Of a stretch of DNA of 64,000 bases, positions 56,477 to 64,000 are shown in pieces; position 1 is the stretch's first letter, and every line of letters starts with the position of its first letter. Position numbers and translations under genes: made by a program. The DNA lies in the IMG/VR virus record IMGVR_UViG_3300031576_000001, positions 258,634 through 322,633 of that record. One strand, 5' to 3'. The notes beneath the pieces were generated by a model that made no database searches, was not told where the DNA came from, and saw only the letters and a list, made by a program, of their open reading frames with translations.

Positions 56477-57522
56477 GGTTGCTCTTTAGTCTCTCTAAGG
56501 TTGGTCAGGATAAGTAGTAAGATTCCCAAGAATACAAGTTTGCCTGCGGACCCTGCTGAGCCCGCTGTAGCGGAGCCTCCACCTGGGGCACCACCGGCAC
56601 CCCCGTTAGCGGTAGGCGCAGTCCCAGAGAAAAAGCGGTAGAGGACAATGCAATAGCCTCCTCCCCCTCCCCCTCCTCCAGCACCGTACTTGTTGTCCAC
56701 GGCGTTACCCCCACCATTGCCTCCGGCAGAGCCGTCAGCGTTGATGGTGCCACTGTTGACAACATTGTAGGCTACAAGGACAAGGACGCCGCCACAGGCA
56801 CCACCCCCACCGCCAAAGGTTGCGTTCTGTTCTGCTGTAAAGGAGCCACCGTAGCCCCCACCACCGCCGCCACTACCGCCACAAAGCGCCGTGGGGGTTC
56901 CAGGGGGACCACTGGCCAGACTTTGAAAGGTCGCGTGAACTAGCTCTGTTAGGGAGTAGCCTGGTTGGTGAGTAGGGGCGGTAACATTTCCTGCCGAGCC
57001 TCCTACCCCAGACCCCGAACCCACGCCTGTCCCTCCCGCCCCGCCCTTACCTCCCACGGAGTTTACACTGGACGCGCCAGAACCCCCGTTCGCCCCGCTG
57101 TGCGAGCCGCCCACCCCGCCGGCAGCCGTAACACCCATGACGGTTCCACTGTTGGTGGTAGCGCCGCCTTGTGGGATATTTGAGGCTGTGGACGCTTGGG
57201 TGGAGTCCCCCTTGCCGGCTGGGGTTGCAATAGCCCCATCTGTCGTACCGCCGCGAGCGTCTACCGTACCCCCAGAGGCGACCGTGAGGGTATTCTTGAC
57301 AAACACCCGGTAGCCCGCGACAGACAACCTACCCGTAGAGGTCACGGTCAGGTTGTTGTAGTACATATCCCGCGCAAGGACGACCGTAACAATCACGGTC
57401 ACGTCACCATCGCTTCCGTCCCCGAAGTACGCCATGATAGCGTTGCGTATCACGAGGGTATCCGTGGACGGAATCACCGTGAGCGTACCATTAATCATGG
57501 CGAGGGGAGAACAGTCAGGCAC
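56359..57522 (-). CDS. glycine-rich fibre/structural protein
   Basis: FGDGSDGDVT...YYNNLTV and GGGGGG runs; in-frame TTA at 56518 (proposed end). Confidence 0.75.
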   Translation of the reverse strand: MPDCSPLAMINGTLTVIPSTDTLVIRNAIMAYFGDGSDGDVTVIVTVVLARDMYYNNLTVTSTGRLSVAGYRVFVKNTLTVASGGTVDARGGTTDGAIATPAGKGDSTQASTASNIPQGGATTNSGTVMGVTAAGGVGGSHSGANGGSGASSVNSVGGKGGAGGTGVGSGSGVGGSAGNVTAPTHQPGYSLTELVHATFQSLASGPPGTPTALCGGSGGGGGGYGGSFTAEQNATFGGGGGACGGVLVLVAYNVVNSGTINADGSAGGNGGGNAVDNKYGAGGGGGGGGYCIVLYRFFSGTAPTANGGAGGAPGGGSATAGSAGSAGKLVFLGILLLILTNLRETKEQPCLTSPHSYLTLVYTSRLPLRTPWKQGSDLTVAQVVPLR

Positions 57523-57763
57523 CTGGAAGGGCCTCTAAGCTAGTGCGTAGAAAGCGAGGGTCCGCTTCCATGTGCCGTATGCACCGTGGGTCCGTAATGT
57601 CCGTACCAATGGGGGCACCCGCCACAAATGCAGTGAGCGGGGGCACCGGTAGGATCTCGATCACGCCGCCCGTGCTGGGGTGCAGTCGGATCTTGGTCAT
57701 GGGTCCGAGGCTGGTGCTCGGGTTGAAAACAGGAGAGGGACCGAGGTAAGTAAAATGTGCCAT
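57515..57763 (-). CDS. small structural-operon protein
   Basis: CTTATCC motif and AGGA upstream; in-frame TTA at 57536. Confidence 0.55.
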   Translation of the reverse strand: MAHFTYLGPSPVFNPSTSLGPMTKIRLHPSTGGVIEILPVPPLTAFVAGAPIGTDITDPRCIRHMEADPRFLRTSLEALPGA

Positions 57764-57817
57764 CCTGTCAACTTAGAGGGGGATAAGATGGCTCTCTTGA
57801 CGGAGTTACGGATCGGC

Positions 57818-58384
57818 TTAGAGGAGGATATATTCTCGCGTGGTCATCACAACCAGCGTGGTCGCGCTTGACGCTACGCCCACGGCTTGACGCACTTCAC
57901 CTGTCCCCGTGGGCGCCGTGAGCGTCAACACTCCAGCTACAAGGCTGAGGTAGTACGTGGCGTTCGTCGTTAGCCCGACCCAACCTGCGGTCACCCCGTA
58001 GTGCATGACCTCGGCTGTTACCGCCGTTGGCTTGGCTATCACCACACCCACACAGATCGTGAGGCTCGTTGTGGCGTCCGCCTTGTCTACCGTTCCAGGC
58101 GCCGAGAAGTACACCGCGTCAAGTACACTCACAGTCGCCGGGCAAGCGTAGGTCTCCTTAACGGAGGCGCCCGCGCTGGCGCCTGGGGTAAGGTAGGCTA
58201 GCGAACCTGAGCCCACCGTGCTCGTCACCGTGAGCACCTTGGAGAGGTCCGCCCCGGTCACGGGGGGCACCAGGGCTCCTTGCAAAGCAGACACCGTGGG
58301 GAACGGATAAAAATGAGAGAGGTCACCCCGCGCCGGTCCCGCGGGTAGTTGCAACAAGTACCTCTTAGGGTTAGCTACAGGCAC
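57818..58384 (-). CDS. virion structural protein (cement/fibre-tip-like domain)
   Basis: DKADA...VGVV...YYLS...LTAPT...AVG. Confidence 0.7.
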   Translation of the reverse strand: MPVANPKRYLLQLPAGPARGDLSHFYPFPTVSALQGALVPPVTGADLSKVLTVTSTVGSGSLAYLTPGASAGASVKETYACPATVSVLDAVYFSAPGTVDKADATTSLTICVGVVIAKPTAVTAEVMHYGVTAGWVGLTTNATYYLSLVAGVLTLTAPTGTGEVRQAVGVASSATTLVVMTTREYILL

Positions 58385-58387
58385 AGC

Positions 58388-59455
58388 TCACCCCCCTTGC
58401 CGGCTAGCCCAAGCATAGGCTTGCAGTCTCGGTCCAAAAGGCCACGTACCCCCTGAAACCAGCGTGGTATCGACTTGCTGAAACGCTGGCACGATACGGA
58501 GCTGAGTCATCCCAGGGGGCGGTTTCAGGCTTAGCTGGTAGTTGAACCAAGTATCTAGAATAGGCTCGCCCGAGTAGAACCCAGGATCGATGATGTACTG
58601 AAGGGGGTACGTCGCGGGGCGCAGTAGGAAGTTGGATGCCCCCTCTAGGGGATACAAGCCAAAGCTGTCTTTCAAGGGGATAAGCTCTAGCTCCCCGATA
58701 CCGTAATCGTAGATGGACTTGATACCAGACAAGCCTGTCGCGGTATTGGGATTGAGGCTACCCACCGATCCGTCAAATGGAGAAAGACCATCCGACCATA
58801 GTGCAAAGATACCCGATGTTACGCCAATTTGCGGACTGATTCGCACCAAGAGGGACACGCTGTCCGCCCCAAGAGGGACCGTGTACACGTCGCTAACGTC
58901 GCCTACCATGGCCAGGTTAGGTAGGACGTTCATCATTTGAAAGACGGTCTGAGGTGCCGCCGTAGTCCGCTCCCCCCAGAGAAACCCCGTGAAGTCTCGC
59001 GCCGCTAGAGCCGCCGCGGTACTGGTCAGACTTAGCCGGACTTGAATAGAGGCCCCTCCTCCGGTGTCTTGATCTACGAGAACAATTCGATTGTCTGTAG
59101 GTGCGAGGCGCTGAAAGAAGGCAAAGTCAGGGCCCGGGGGGTTGAAAACAGCATTTATGTCTGCAATGATGGTAGCAATGCTGTAGGTGCCTGCGACCCA
59201 GCTAACGGTTTGCAGATTACTGTCAGAGCCCCTACGCAGGGTCAACGAGACAGGCGCTAGTGTAGTCACTAGATCCGTGGTGTTGACGAAGCTACGCCCC
59301 CCTACGACCACGCCTGGACCTGTAAGCACTGGGGGGGTGGGGTAAGGGTCCGGTAGTGTGAATACCCCTACTTCAGGGTGTGTGTCCGTCCAGGTAAACT
59401 GGTGCCTTGCCCCTATTTGAGGGCGCACAGGGGTTGGTATCAGTGTGCCGCTCAT
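58388..59455 (-). CDS. putative virion structural protein
   Basis: IATIIADINA motif; ATGA coupling. Confidence 0.65.
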   Translation of the reverse strand: MSGTLIPTPVRPQIGARHQFTWTDTHPEVGVFTLPDPYPTPPVLTGPGVVVGGRSFVNTTDLVTTLAPVSLTLRRGSDSNLQTVSWVAGTYSIATIIADINAVFNPPGPDFAFFQRLAPTDNRIVLVDQDTGGGASIQVRLSLTSTAAALAARDFTGFLWGERTTAAPQTVFQMMNVLPNLAMVGDVSDVYTVPLGADSVSLLVRISPQIGVTSGIFALWSDGLSPFDGSVGSLNPNTATGLSGIKSIYDYGIGELELIPLKDSFGLYPLEGASNFLLRPATYPLQYIIDPGFYSGEPILDTWFNYQLSLKPPPGMTQLRIVPAFQQVDTTLVSGGTWPFGPRLQAYAWASRQGG

Positions 59456-60372
59456 GTCATCTCCACGATCATGCTAAGCCCCTCGGGGCCATCCTCTTGG
59501 GGCGTCGGTCCCGCGCTATAGCTCTCGGTTTCTACCAGCAAAAACTCAATCCGGTCACCAGAGACCACAGGCACAGAGAGAACTTTGGCGTTGTAAGCGT
59601 AGTCCCCCATACCCGCCGTGACCTGGGGCATCGTTGGGGGTAGCCCAAAGAGGGACACCCCATTGAGCCACACGTCCACCCTCGTTGTGCCCGCTGTCCC
59701 GGCATATCTGCGAAACACACTGGCCTTTACCAAGGTGCCCGCGGTCGTTACCCTCTGAGGCGCATCCACGAACCCAGGGGTTACCGCCCCGTCGTACACC
59801 CCGAAGAGGGTGCGCTCTAGAGGAGCCTTCCCACCTGACCCCGTGCCCACCAAGAGCTTCAGGGCGTCTATAGCCCCTTGAGCATGGTTGCTGCCCAGGG
59901 AGGGCACCGGGACTACCGTGTCGTCGTAATAGACCTTGGCAGCACCTTCCCTGAGAAGCGGGTTGAGGTGCGTAGCCCACCCGTAGTAAGCCGAGCCCTC
60001 AACCCGCTCGCCCGCCGCCGGTATCCTCTTGGCAAAAGCGGAGAGAATGTAGACCGCAAACCGGTCGGTAGAGAACACCACCCCCACTTGAATGAGGGAC
60101 TCGACGACAACGGTACGCCCTACGCCAGCCGGCATCACAAAGGACACCGTGTCGGTTGGCAAAGGCACCACCCCGGTTACAGGGTGCGCCCCCACAAGCA
60201 CAGGGGGCGCCGTCAACTCGTCTGACCCAATGACCCTCACGGTCCACTGCGTCACCCCCACAGGGTCATTGAGCTTGAAGTCTATCGCTGCTGAGGAGGG
60301 TGTGTTTGTACCCCCGGAGGTCGGGTTATACCCCCCAGCGTTGACTTGGATGAGACAGGCGGGCGAAGCCAT
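59452..60372 (-). CDS. putative virion structural/fibre protein
   Basis: HAQGAIDAL fibre-like motif; operon context. Confidence 0.65.
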   Translation of the reverse strand: MASPACLIQVNAGGYNPTSGGTNTPSSAAIDFKLNDPVGVTQWTVRVIGSDELTAPPVLVGAHPVTGVVPLPTDTVSFVMPAGVGRTVVVESLIQVGVVFSTDRFAVYILSAFAKRIPAAGERVEGSAYYGWATHLNPLLREGAAKVYYDDTVVPVPSLGSNHAQGAIDALKLLVGTGSGGKAPLERTLFGVYDGAVTPGFVDAPQRVTTAGTLVKASVFRRYAGTAGTTRVDVWLNGVSLFGLPPTMPQVTAGMGDYAYNAKVLSVPVVSGDRIEFLLVETESYSAGPTPQEDGPEGLSMIVEMT

Positions 60373-60717
60373 TCACTTTGACTCACGGGGACAGGTTTTC
60401 TGTCGAGCCTGTTCAACCTCGGGGCACCCCTTGGTTACCGAAGTCACCTTGAGGATACAGGTAGGGTTGACATAGACCCCCCTCTTCTGTGTTTTCTCGC
60501 AGAAGGCTTGGCAAGAGAGGTTGGGTACGCCCCGTGGACCGGGCTCGTCGCTGTCATAGACCGGCGAGCCCTCTTCGCAGTGAAGGTTAGCCAGGTGCGC
60601 ACAGACAGCCCCGCAAAGGTCGGTATCCGGGGGTACAGGAGGCTGAGGGGTTGGAGGGTCTTTGCTGGGCGAGCACGCCAGGAGGAGTGCAAGCGCGAAG
60701 GGTATGGCGCGGTTCAT
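60373..60717 (-). CDS. Cys-rich lipoprotein
   Basis: Signal peptide with lipobox LLLAC; 8 further Cys. Confidence 0.75.
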   Translation of the reverse strand: MNRAIPFALALLLACSPSKDPPTPQPPVPPDTDLCGAVCAHLANLHCEEGSPVYDSDEPGPRGVPNLSCQAFCEKTQKRGVYVNPTCILKVTSVTKGCPEVEQARQKTCPRESK

Positions 60718-60763
60718 GGTTCTCCCGGGGGGATAGGTCCAATTTATCCCAAGGGGAGTCAGT

Positions 60764-61564
60764 ATGCAAAAGTTTGGCTACCTCTACGAGGACAGCGCAC
60801 CCCCTGGGAGAGATTTCACGAGCGAGCTACGCCCTATGTTGGTCTCTGGCGCGGACGGGACCATCTTGGACTTGCGCCGCTACTGTACGCCTAGTAACCA
60901 GCTTGGCTTGTCGAGCTGTTCGGGTAATGCCTGCGCGGATAGTGTGGAAATCGTAGAGGCTGTCGAGGAGGAAACCCTAGCGATCCTCGAAAACCGTCAA
61001 CCTCGGCCGGTGACCCAACTCTCTCGGTTGTTTGTGTACACGCTAGCTCGAAACCTACGCCAGAAGATAGCCGAGGACGGCGGTAGCTACATCCGTGACA
61101 ACTTCGAGGTGCTGTCACGCTACGGCATTTGCAGCGAAGCTGCGTGGCCCTACCTCGAAGAGAAAGTGTACGTAGCCCCTTCCCTCTTGGCGATGAGAGA
61201 AGCGGCAGGGCATAGAATTCACGAGTACTACCAGATCCGAGAGACCGGAGAGGACCGTGTAGTGGCTATTCTGGCGGCGCTACGCGGCAAACACCCGGTA
61301 GTTTTTGGCACAGACATCATTCAAGCCTTCCTTGACAACGTAAAGAGCCTGGCGCCGGTCCCTCGCCCTGTAGGTACGCCCGTAGGCGGGCACGCTATGA
61401 TCATTGTCGGGCACTTCCCAGGTCAAGGCTTCCTGGTACGTAACTCTTGGGGTGTAGGCTGGGGTGACAATGGCTACTGCGTCCTCTCAGAGGACTACAT
61501 CACCTGGGATGGTACACGAGACCTCTGGGTTCCCACACTAGGCGCTCGGTTCCTCAGCGACTAA
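60764..61564 (+). CDS. papain-family (C1A) cysteine peptidase
   Basis: NQLGLSSC, LSRLFVY, GGHA, RNSWG..WGDNGY. Confidence 0.92.
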   Translation: MQKFGYLYEDSAPPGRDFTSELRPMLVSGADGTILDLRRYCTPSNQLGLSSCSGNACADSVEIVEAVEEETLAILENRQPRPVTQLSRLFVYTLARNLRQKIAEDGGSYIRDNFEVLSRYGICSEAAWPYLEEKVYVAPSLLAMREAAGHRIHEYYQIRETGEDRVVAILAALRGKHPVVFGTDIIQAFLDNVKSLAPVPRPVGTPVGGHAMIIVGHFPGQGFLVRNSWGVGWGDNGYCVLSEDYITWDGTRDLWVPTLGARFLSD

Positions 61565-61778
61565 TGTCGCGGGTGACCCTTAGAGGGTGCAAGGTTTCAC
61601 GGGCATCTGACACAACTGCCTTAATAACAAGGAGCCAGGTTGTTACAGCATCGGTCCATCGAACGGGAAAAAGAGAGACAATTCAAGCAAGAATTCCTCA
61701 ATTCTACCCCTCCTAGTGAAGCACACATCCTGTTTTTCAGGGGTTTCTCGCACCACAGAGGGTCAAGCATCAGGGCTT

Positions 61779-62309
61779 TTACACGCCCCTGGACGGCGTA
61801 GCCCCAAGCTGACCCTGGTAGCGCCCCGTGTCCGCGTAAGACAGCTTGTCACCCACCGTCTTGTACCACGCGATCTGAGCAATCCTCATGCCAGGGTAGA
61901 TCCGGGTAGCGTACAAGCAGGACAACTCCAACGTGATTTGCCCGTTGAAGCCAGAATCAACAAAGCCTGCTGTGCTGTGGACCGAGAGGAAGATCCTACC
62001 CAAGCTAGACTTACCGTTGACCACCCCGACGTAGGAGGCTGTAGGGTCACCCACGGTCTCTACGGTGTGCGCCAGGTAACCCCTCCCCGGTAGAAGCTCA
62101 AAGCCGTAGGAGTCAAGGGGCATAGCGTAACCCCATCCTGGTACGTTGTACCGCAGATCCAGAACCGTGTCGGGGTGCAAACCAAACTCTCGGATCTCGT
62201 GACCCAGCGTGAGGTCATACGAGGCAGGGTTGCACTGGCTTTCGTTGAAGGGGGTAACGCACAACTCCCCTGTTCCGATGAGGCGCTTTATTTCTGGACC
62301 TGTGAGCAT
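61779..62309 (-). CDS. dcd: dCTP deaminase
   Basis: NPASYDLTL, GKSSLGR, TAGFVDSGFNGQITLEL, YPGMRIAQ, GRYQGQ. Confidence 0.95.
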   Translation of the reverse strand: MLTGPEIKRLIGTGELCVTPFNESQCNPASYDLTLGHEIREFGLHPDTVLDLRYNVPGWGYAMPLDSYGFELLPGRGYLAHTVETVGDPTASYVGVVNGKSSLGRIFLSVHSTAGFVDSGFNGQITLELSCLYATRIYPGMRIAQIAWYKTVGDKLSYADTGRYQGQLGATPSRGV

Positions 62310-62339
62310 GAGGGGGGGTCTCTTAGCATTCCTGACGGA

Positions 62340-62606
62340 CTACAACCACCCCAGGCGAGCCAAGACCCGTAGGCTGTCATGTGCCAAGAGACTGTAGAAG
62401 GAGGACAGCCCAGGGTGCGCCTCAGCCAAGAGGCGAGAGTCTACCAGGGTGAGGACAAGCGTGATAAAACACCGCTCACGGTCGCTCATTTCCCTGTCGA
62501 GCCATGCACGCCACAGGTCTTCTCGGATAGCCGCGAGGTTGCTTTGGTCCTCGCAGTTTGCCGCGCGCCAGAGGAAGCCGTCAAGGTGGGTACTAAGAGA
62601 TTCCAC
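62340..62606 (-). CDS. small hypothetical protein
   Basis: Operon position. Confidence 0.45.
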   Translation of the reverse strand: MESLSTHLDGFLWRAANCEDQSNLAAIREDLWRAWLDREMSDRERCFITLVLTLVDSRLLAEAHPGLSSFYSLLAHDSLRVLARLGWL

Positions 62607-62643
62607 CCCCTAGCCTTGGGTATAGGCTAGGCTTCGGGGGTAC

Positions 62644-62988
62644 CTACACTCGCCAGGCGATCTGTAGGTTGTCCGCCCACCCCAACCACGCCTGACGCGA
62701 ACCCTCCAGGTTTACCTTGAAGTCTACGCCCGCGTGGTAGTCTGGCGCCTCGCCCGTGATCTTGGACAGAGCGTGAAACCACGGCTCACTGGGGTTCGCA
62801 GCCCACCGATTGAGAATCCAAGGTACCGCGTCCCACCCCATCGCCAGAGCCTCACGGTAGCAAGCGTGCTTGAACTTCTTGGCGTAGAGGGTCCAGTTTT
62901 GCGTTTCCGCCTGCCAAGCGTCCGCCATCACCTTGAAGAACGCCCGGCGCTGGTTTTGCTCATTCTCGTACACGTCGAGGTGGGTCAT
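62644..62988 (-). CDS. conserved hypothetical protein
   Basis: W.AET...H..Y....AMG..AVPWIL...WFHAL..ITGE.P...AWL.W pattern of a small family I recall as widespread. Confidence 0.7.
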   Translation of the reverse strand: MTHLDVYENEQNQRRAFFKVMADAWQAETQNWTLYAKKFKHACYREALAMGWDAVPWILNRWAANPSEPWFHALSKITGEAPDYHAGVDFKVNLEGSRQAWLGWADNLQIAWRV

Positions 62989-62992
62989 GTTC

Positions 62993-63622
62993 TTACACTG
63001 GCAGCTTGTGTACCCCAAAGACTTCCACCCTGTCGCGGGGGAGGGGTTCAAGGCTGCTTCCTTCTGATCCTTCCCATACACCCCCGGACCTAGTATCTGA
63101 CAAACTAGCTGCGTCACGGGCATCCTGCTCCGACTTCGCCGTCACGATGACTTGGTTGGCAGAGCCTACCGTGGGCCACTTGCGCGTCAAAACCCAGGTG
63201 GACAGCACGTTTACCTTTCGGGGTGCATTGTACCTCGTAGTCAAAGGCCATGGGGGGTACTTCTCGCCCTGGTCTCGGTAAACCCGGACTTGACTTTGCA
63301 AGCGCTCCACGGCTTGCTCTATACCGAGCCCTTTCTCTTGGTTAGGGGTCTCACGGGGTAGATGTGCCACACTCACCGGCTGGCTCACCAAGAGACCGGG
63401 CTGAACAAGCCAGCTTTCCAGGTACAAGTCATTGACCCCCTGCCACTGAGCGACCTTGAGAATCAAGATGTTGTCCGTGAAGGTGCGCCGAAGTACGACA
63501 GCAAAGCCCCTCTCGTGCCCAGCTAGCCAAGGGTCCACCCGACTGTCTACAAACCCCTCCCATGGGAACGAGGACAGCAAGGCAAAGGCTGCCTCTGCTA
63601 GGGGGTTTATCTTTACCCACAC
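62993..63622 (-). CDS. hypothetical protein
   Basis: ORF track; operon spacing. Confidence 0.6.
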   Translation of the reverse strand: MWVKINPLAEAAFALLSSFPWEGFVDSRVDPWLAGHERGFAVVLRRTFTDNILILKVAQWQGVNDLYLESWLVQPGLLVSQPVSVAHLPRETPNQEKGLGIEQAVERLQSQVRVYRDQGEKYPPWPLTTRYNAPRKVNVLSTWVLTRKWPTVGSANQVIVTAKSEQDARDAASLSDTRSGGVWEGSEGSSLEPLPRDRVEVFGVHKLPV

Positions 63623-63624
63623 GC

Positions 63625-63846
63625 TCAGCCCATCCCCAAGAAGCCAATCACCTTGCCCTGGGTAACGCTCACGTTGACCCGGTTAGGTTGCCAGTCGCAG
63701 GTACCAAAGAGACTCTCGCCGTCTTCTTCGGTGACCCGGACAGAGAAGCCTACAGGGAGCCTCTTGGCAAAGGCTTCCACGGAGAGTGCGTCCGTAAGGG
63801 CTTGGAGGATGAGGGGGACGGCGTTGATGTTTGCGGTGTCGGTCAT
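63625..63846 (-). CDS. small protein resembling I78/potato-inhibitor-I protease inhibitors
   Basis: TCDWQPNRVNVSVTQGKV...G matches the T.D.RP.R.N pattern; GGAG SD. Confidence 0.55.
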   Translation of the reverse strand: MTDTANINAVPLILQALTDALSVEAFAKRLPVGFSVRVTEEDGESLFGTCDWQPNRVNVSVTQGKVIGFLGMG

Positions 63847-63914
63847 GTGCTCCTAACTTACCCCGGACAGGCAAGTTTGTCTGATTCATTTTCTCCCCCG
63901 GACCAAGGCAAACA

Positions 63915-64000
63915 TGACCCCCCTCTCCGTTCGCGTCACCCAGCGCTACAGGCTAGCCAACGAGGCTACGCCCCTCTCAGCGATGGACAAGGTGCTTTCT
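63915..64000 (+). CDS. hypothetical protein, 5' fragment
   Basis: ATG 63915, open to the window end. Confidence 0.45.

Noticed and set aside
845-57763. Terminal TTA explained as a spurious T inserted before a TAG stop
   Set aside because: Fits only the 12 TTAG cases; 10 are TTAC or TTAT, including the TTATG overlap and both shared TTA/TAA stops.
61565-61778. AT-richer intergenic stretch as a tRNA or ncRNA
   Set aside because: No cloverleaf, T-loop or convincing stem found by eye; a tRNAscan-SE/Infernal run would settle it.

Overview
This 64-kb window looks like part of a large, GC-rich (about 60% by eye) tailed-phage genome. It holds tail-fibre, baseplate and other virion genes, interleaved with islands of short accessory genes. 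Recognisable products include a SNF2 helicase C-terminus, a 2H phosphoesterase, MazG, a metallophosphoesterase, a patatin, IF-1, a radical SAM/TNSSS pair, an AAA ATPase, a Nudix hydrolase, a 5'(3')-deoxynucleotidase, an Rnl2-type RNA ligase, an NDT-like protein, a PTH2-like protein, an ADP-ribosylglycohydrolase, a dual-specificity phosphatase, a papain-like protease and dCTP deaminase. No rRNA, tRNA, CRISPR array or integrase was seen. Main finding: TTA appears to act as a fourth stop codon. In 22 genes the first in-frame TTA lies where the gene should end. Stopping there removes convergent overlaps, frees downstream promoters and terminators, gives a TTATG stop/start overlap, and splits an apparent fusion. 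My manual scan found no internal TTA in the longest genes and one internal exception overall (46674). Also found: three promoter-like motif classes, two of which imply leaderless mRNAs, and a ~1-kb non-coding element (41174-42155). That element has 43-bp inverted repeats, 73-bp tandem repeats and a switch in strand skew, and is a candidate replication origin. CDS ends follow table 11 so they match the ORF track, except 29663-30151; proposed TTA ends are given in the evidence. All family calls come from motif recognition by eye; no database search was run.
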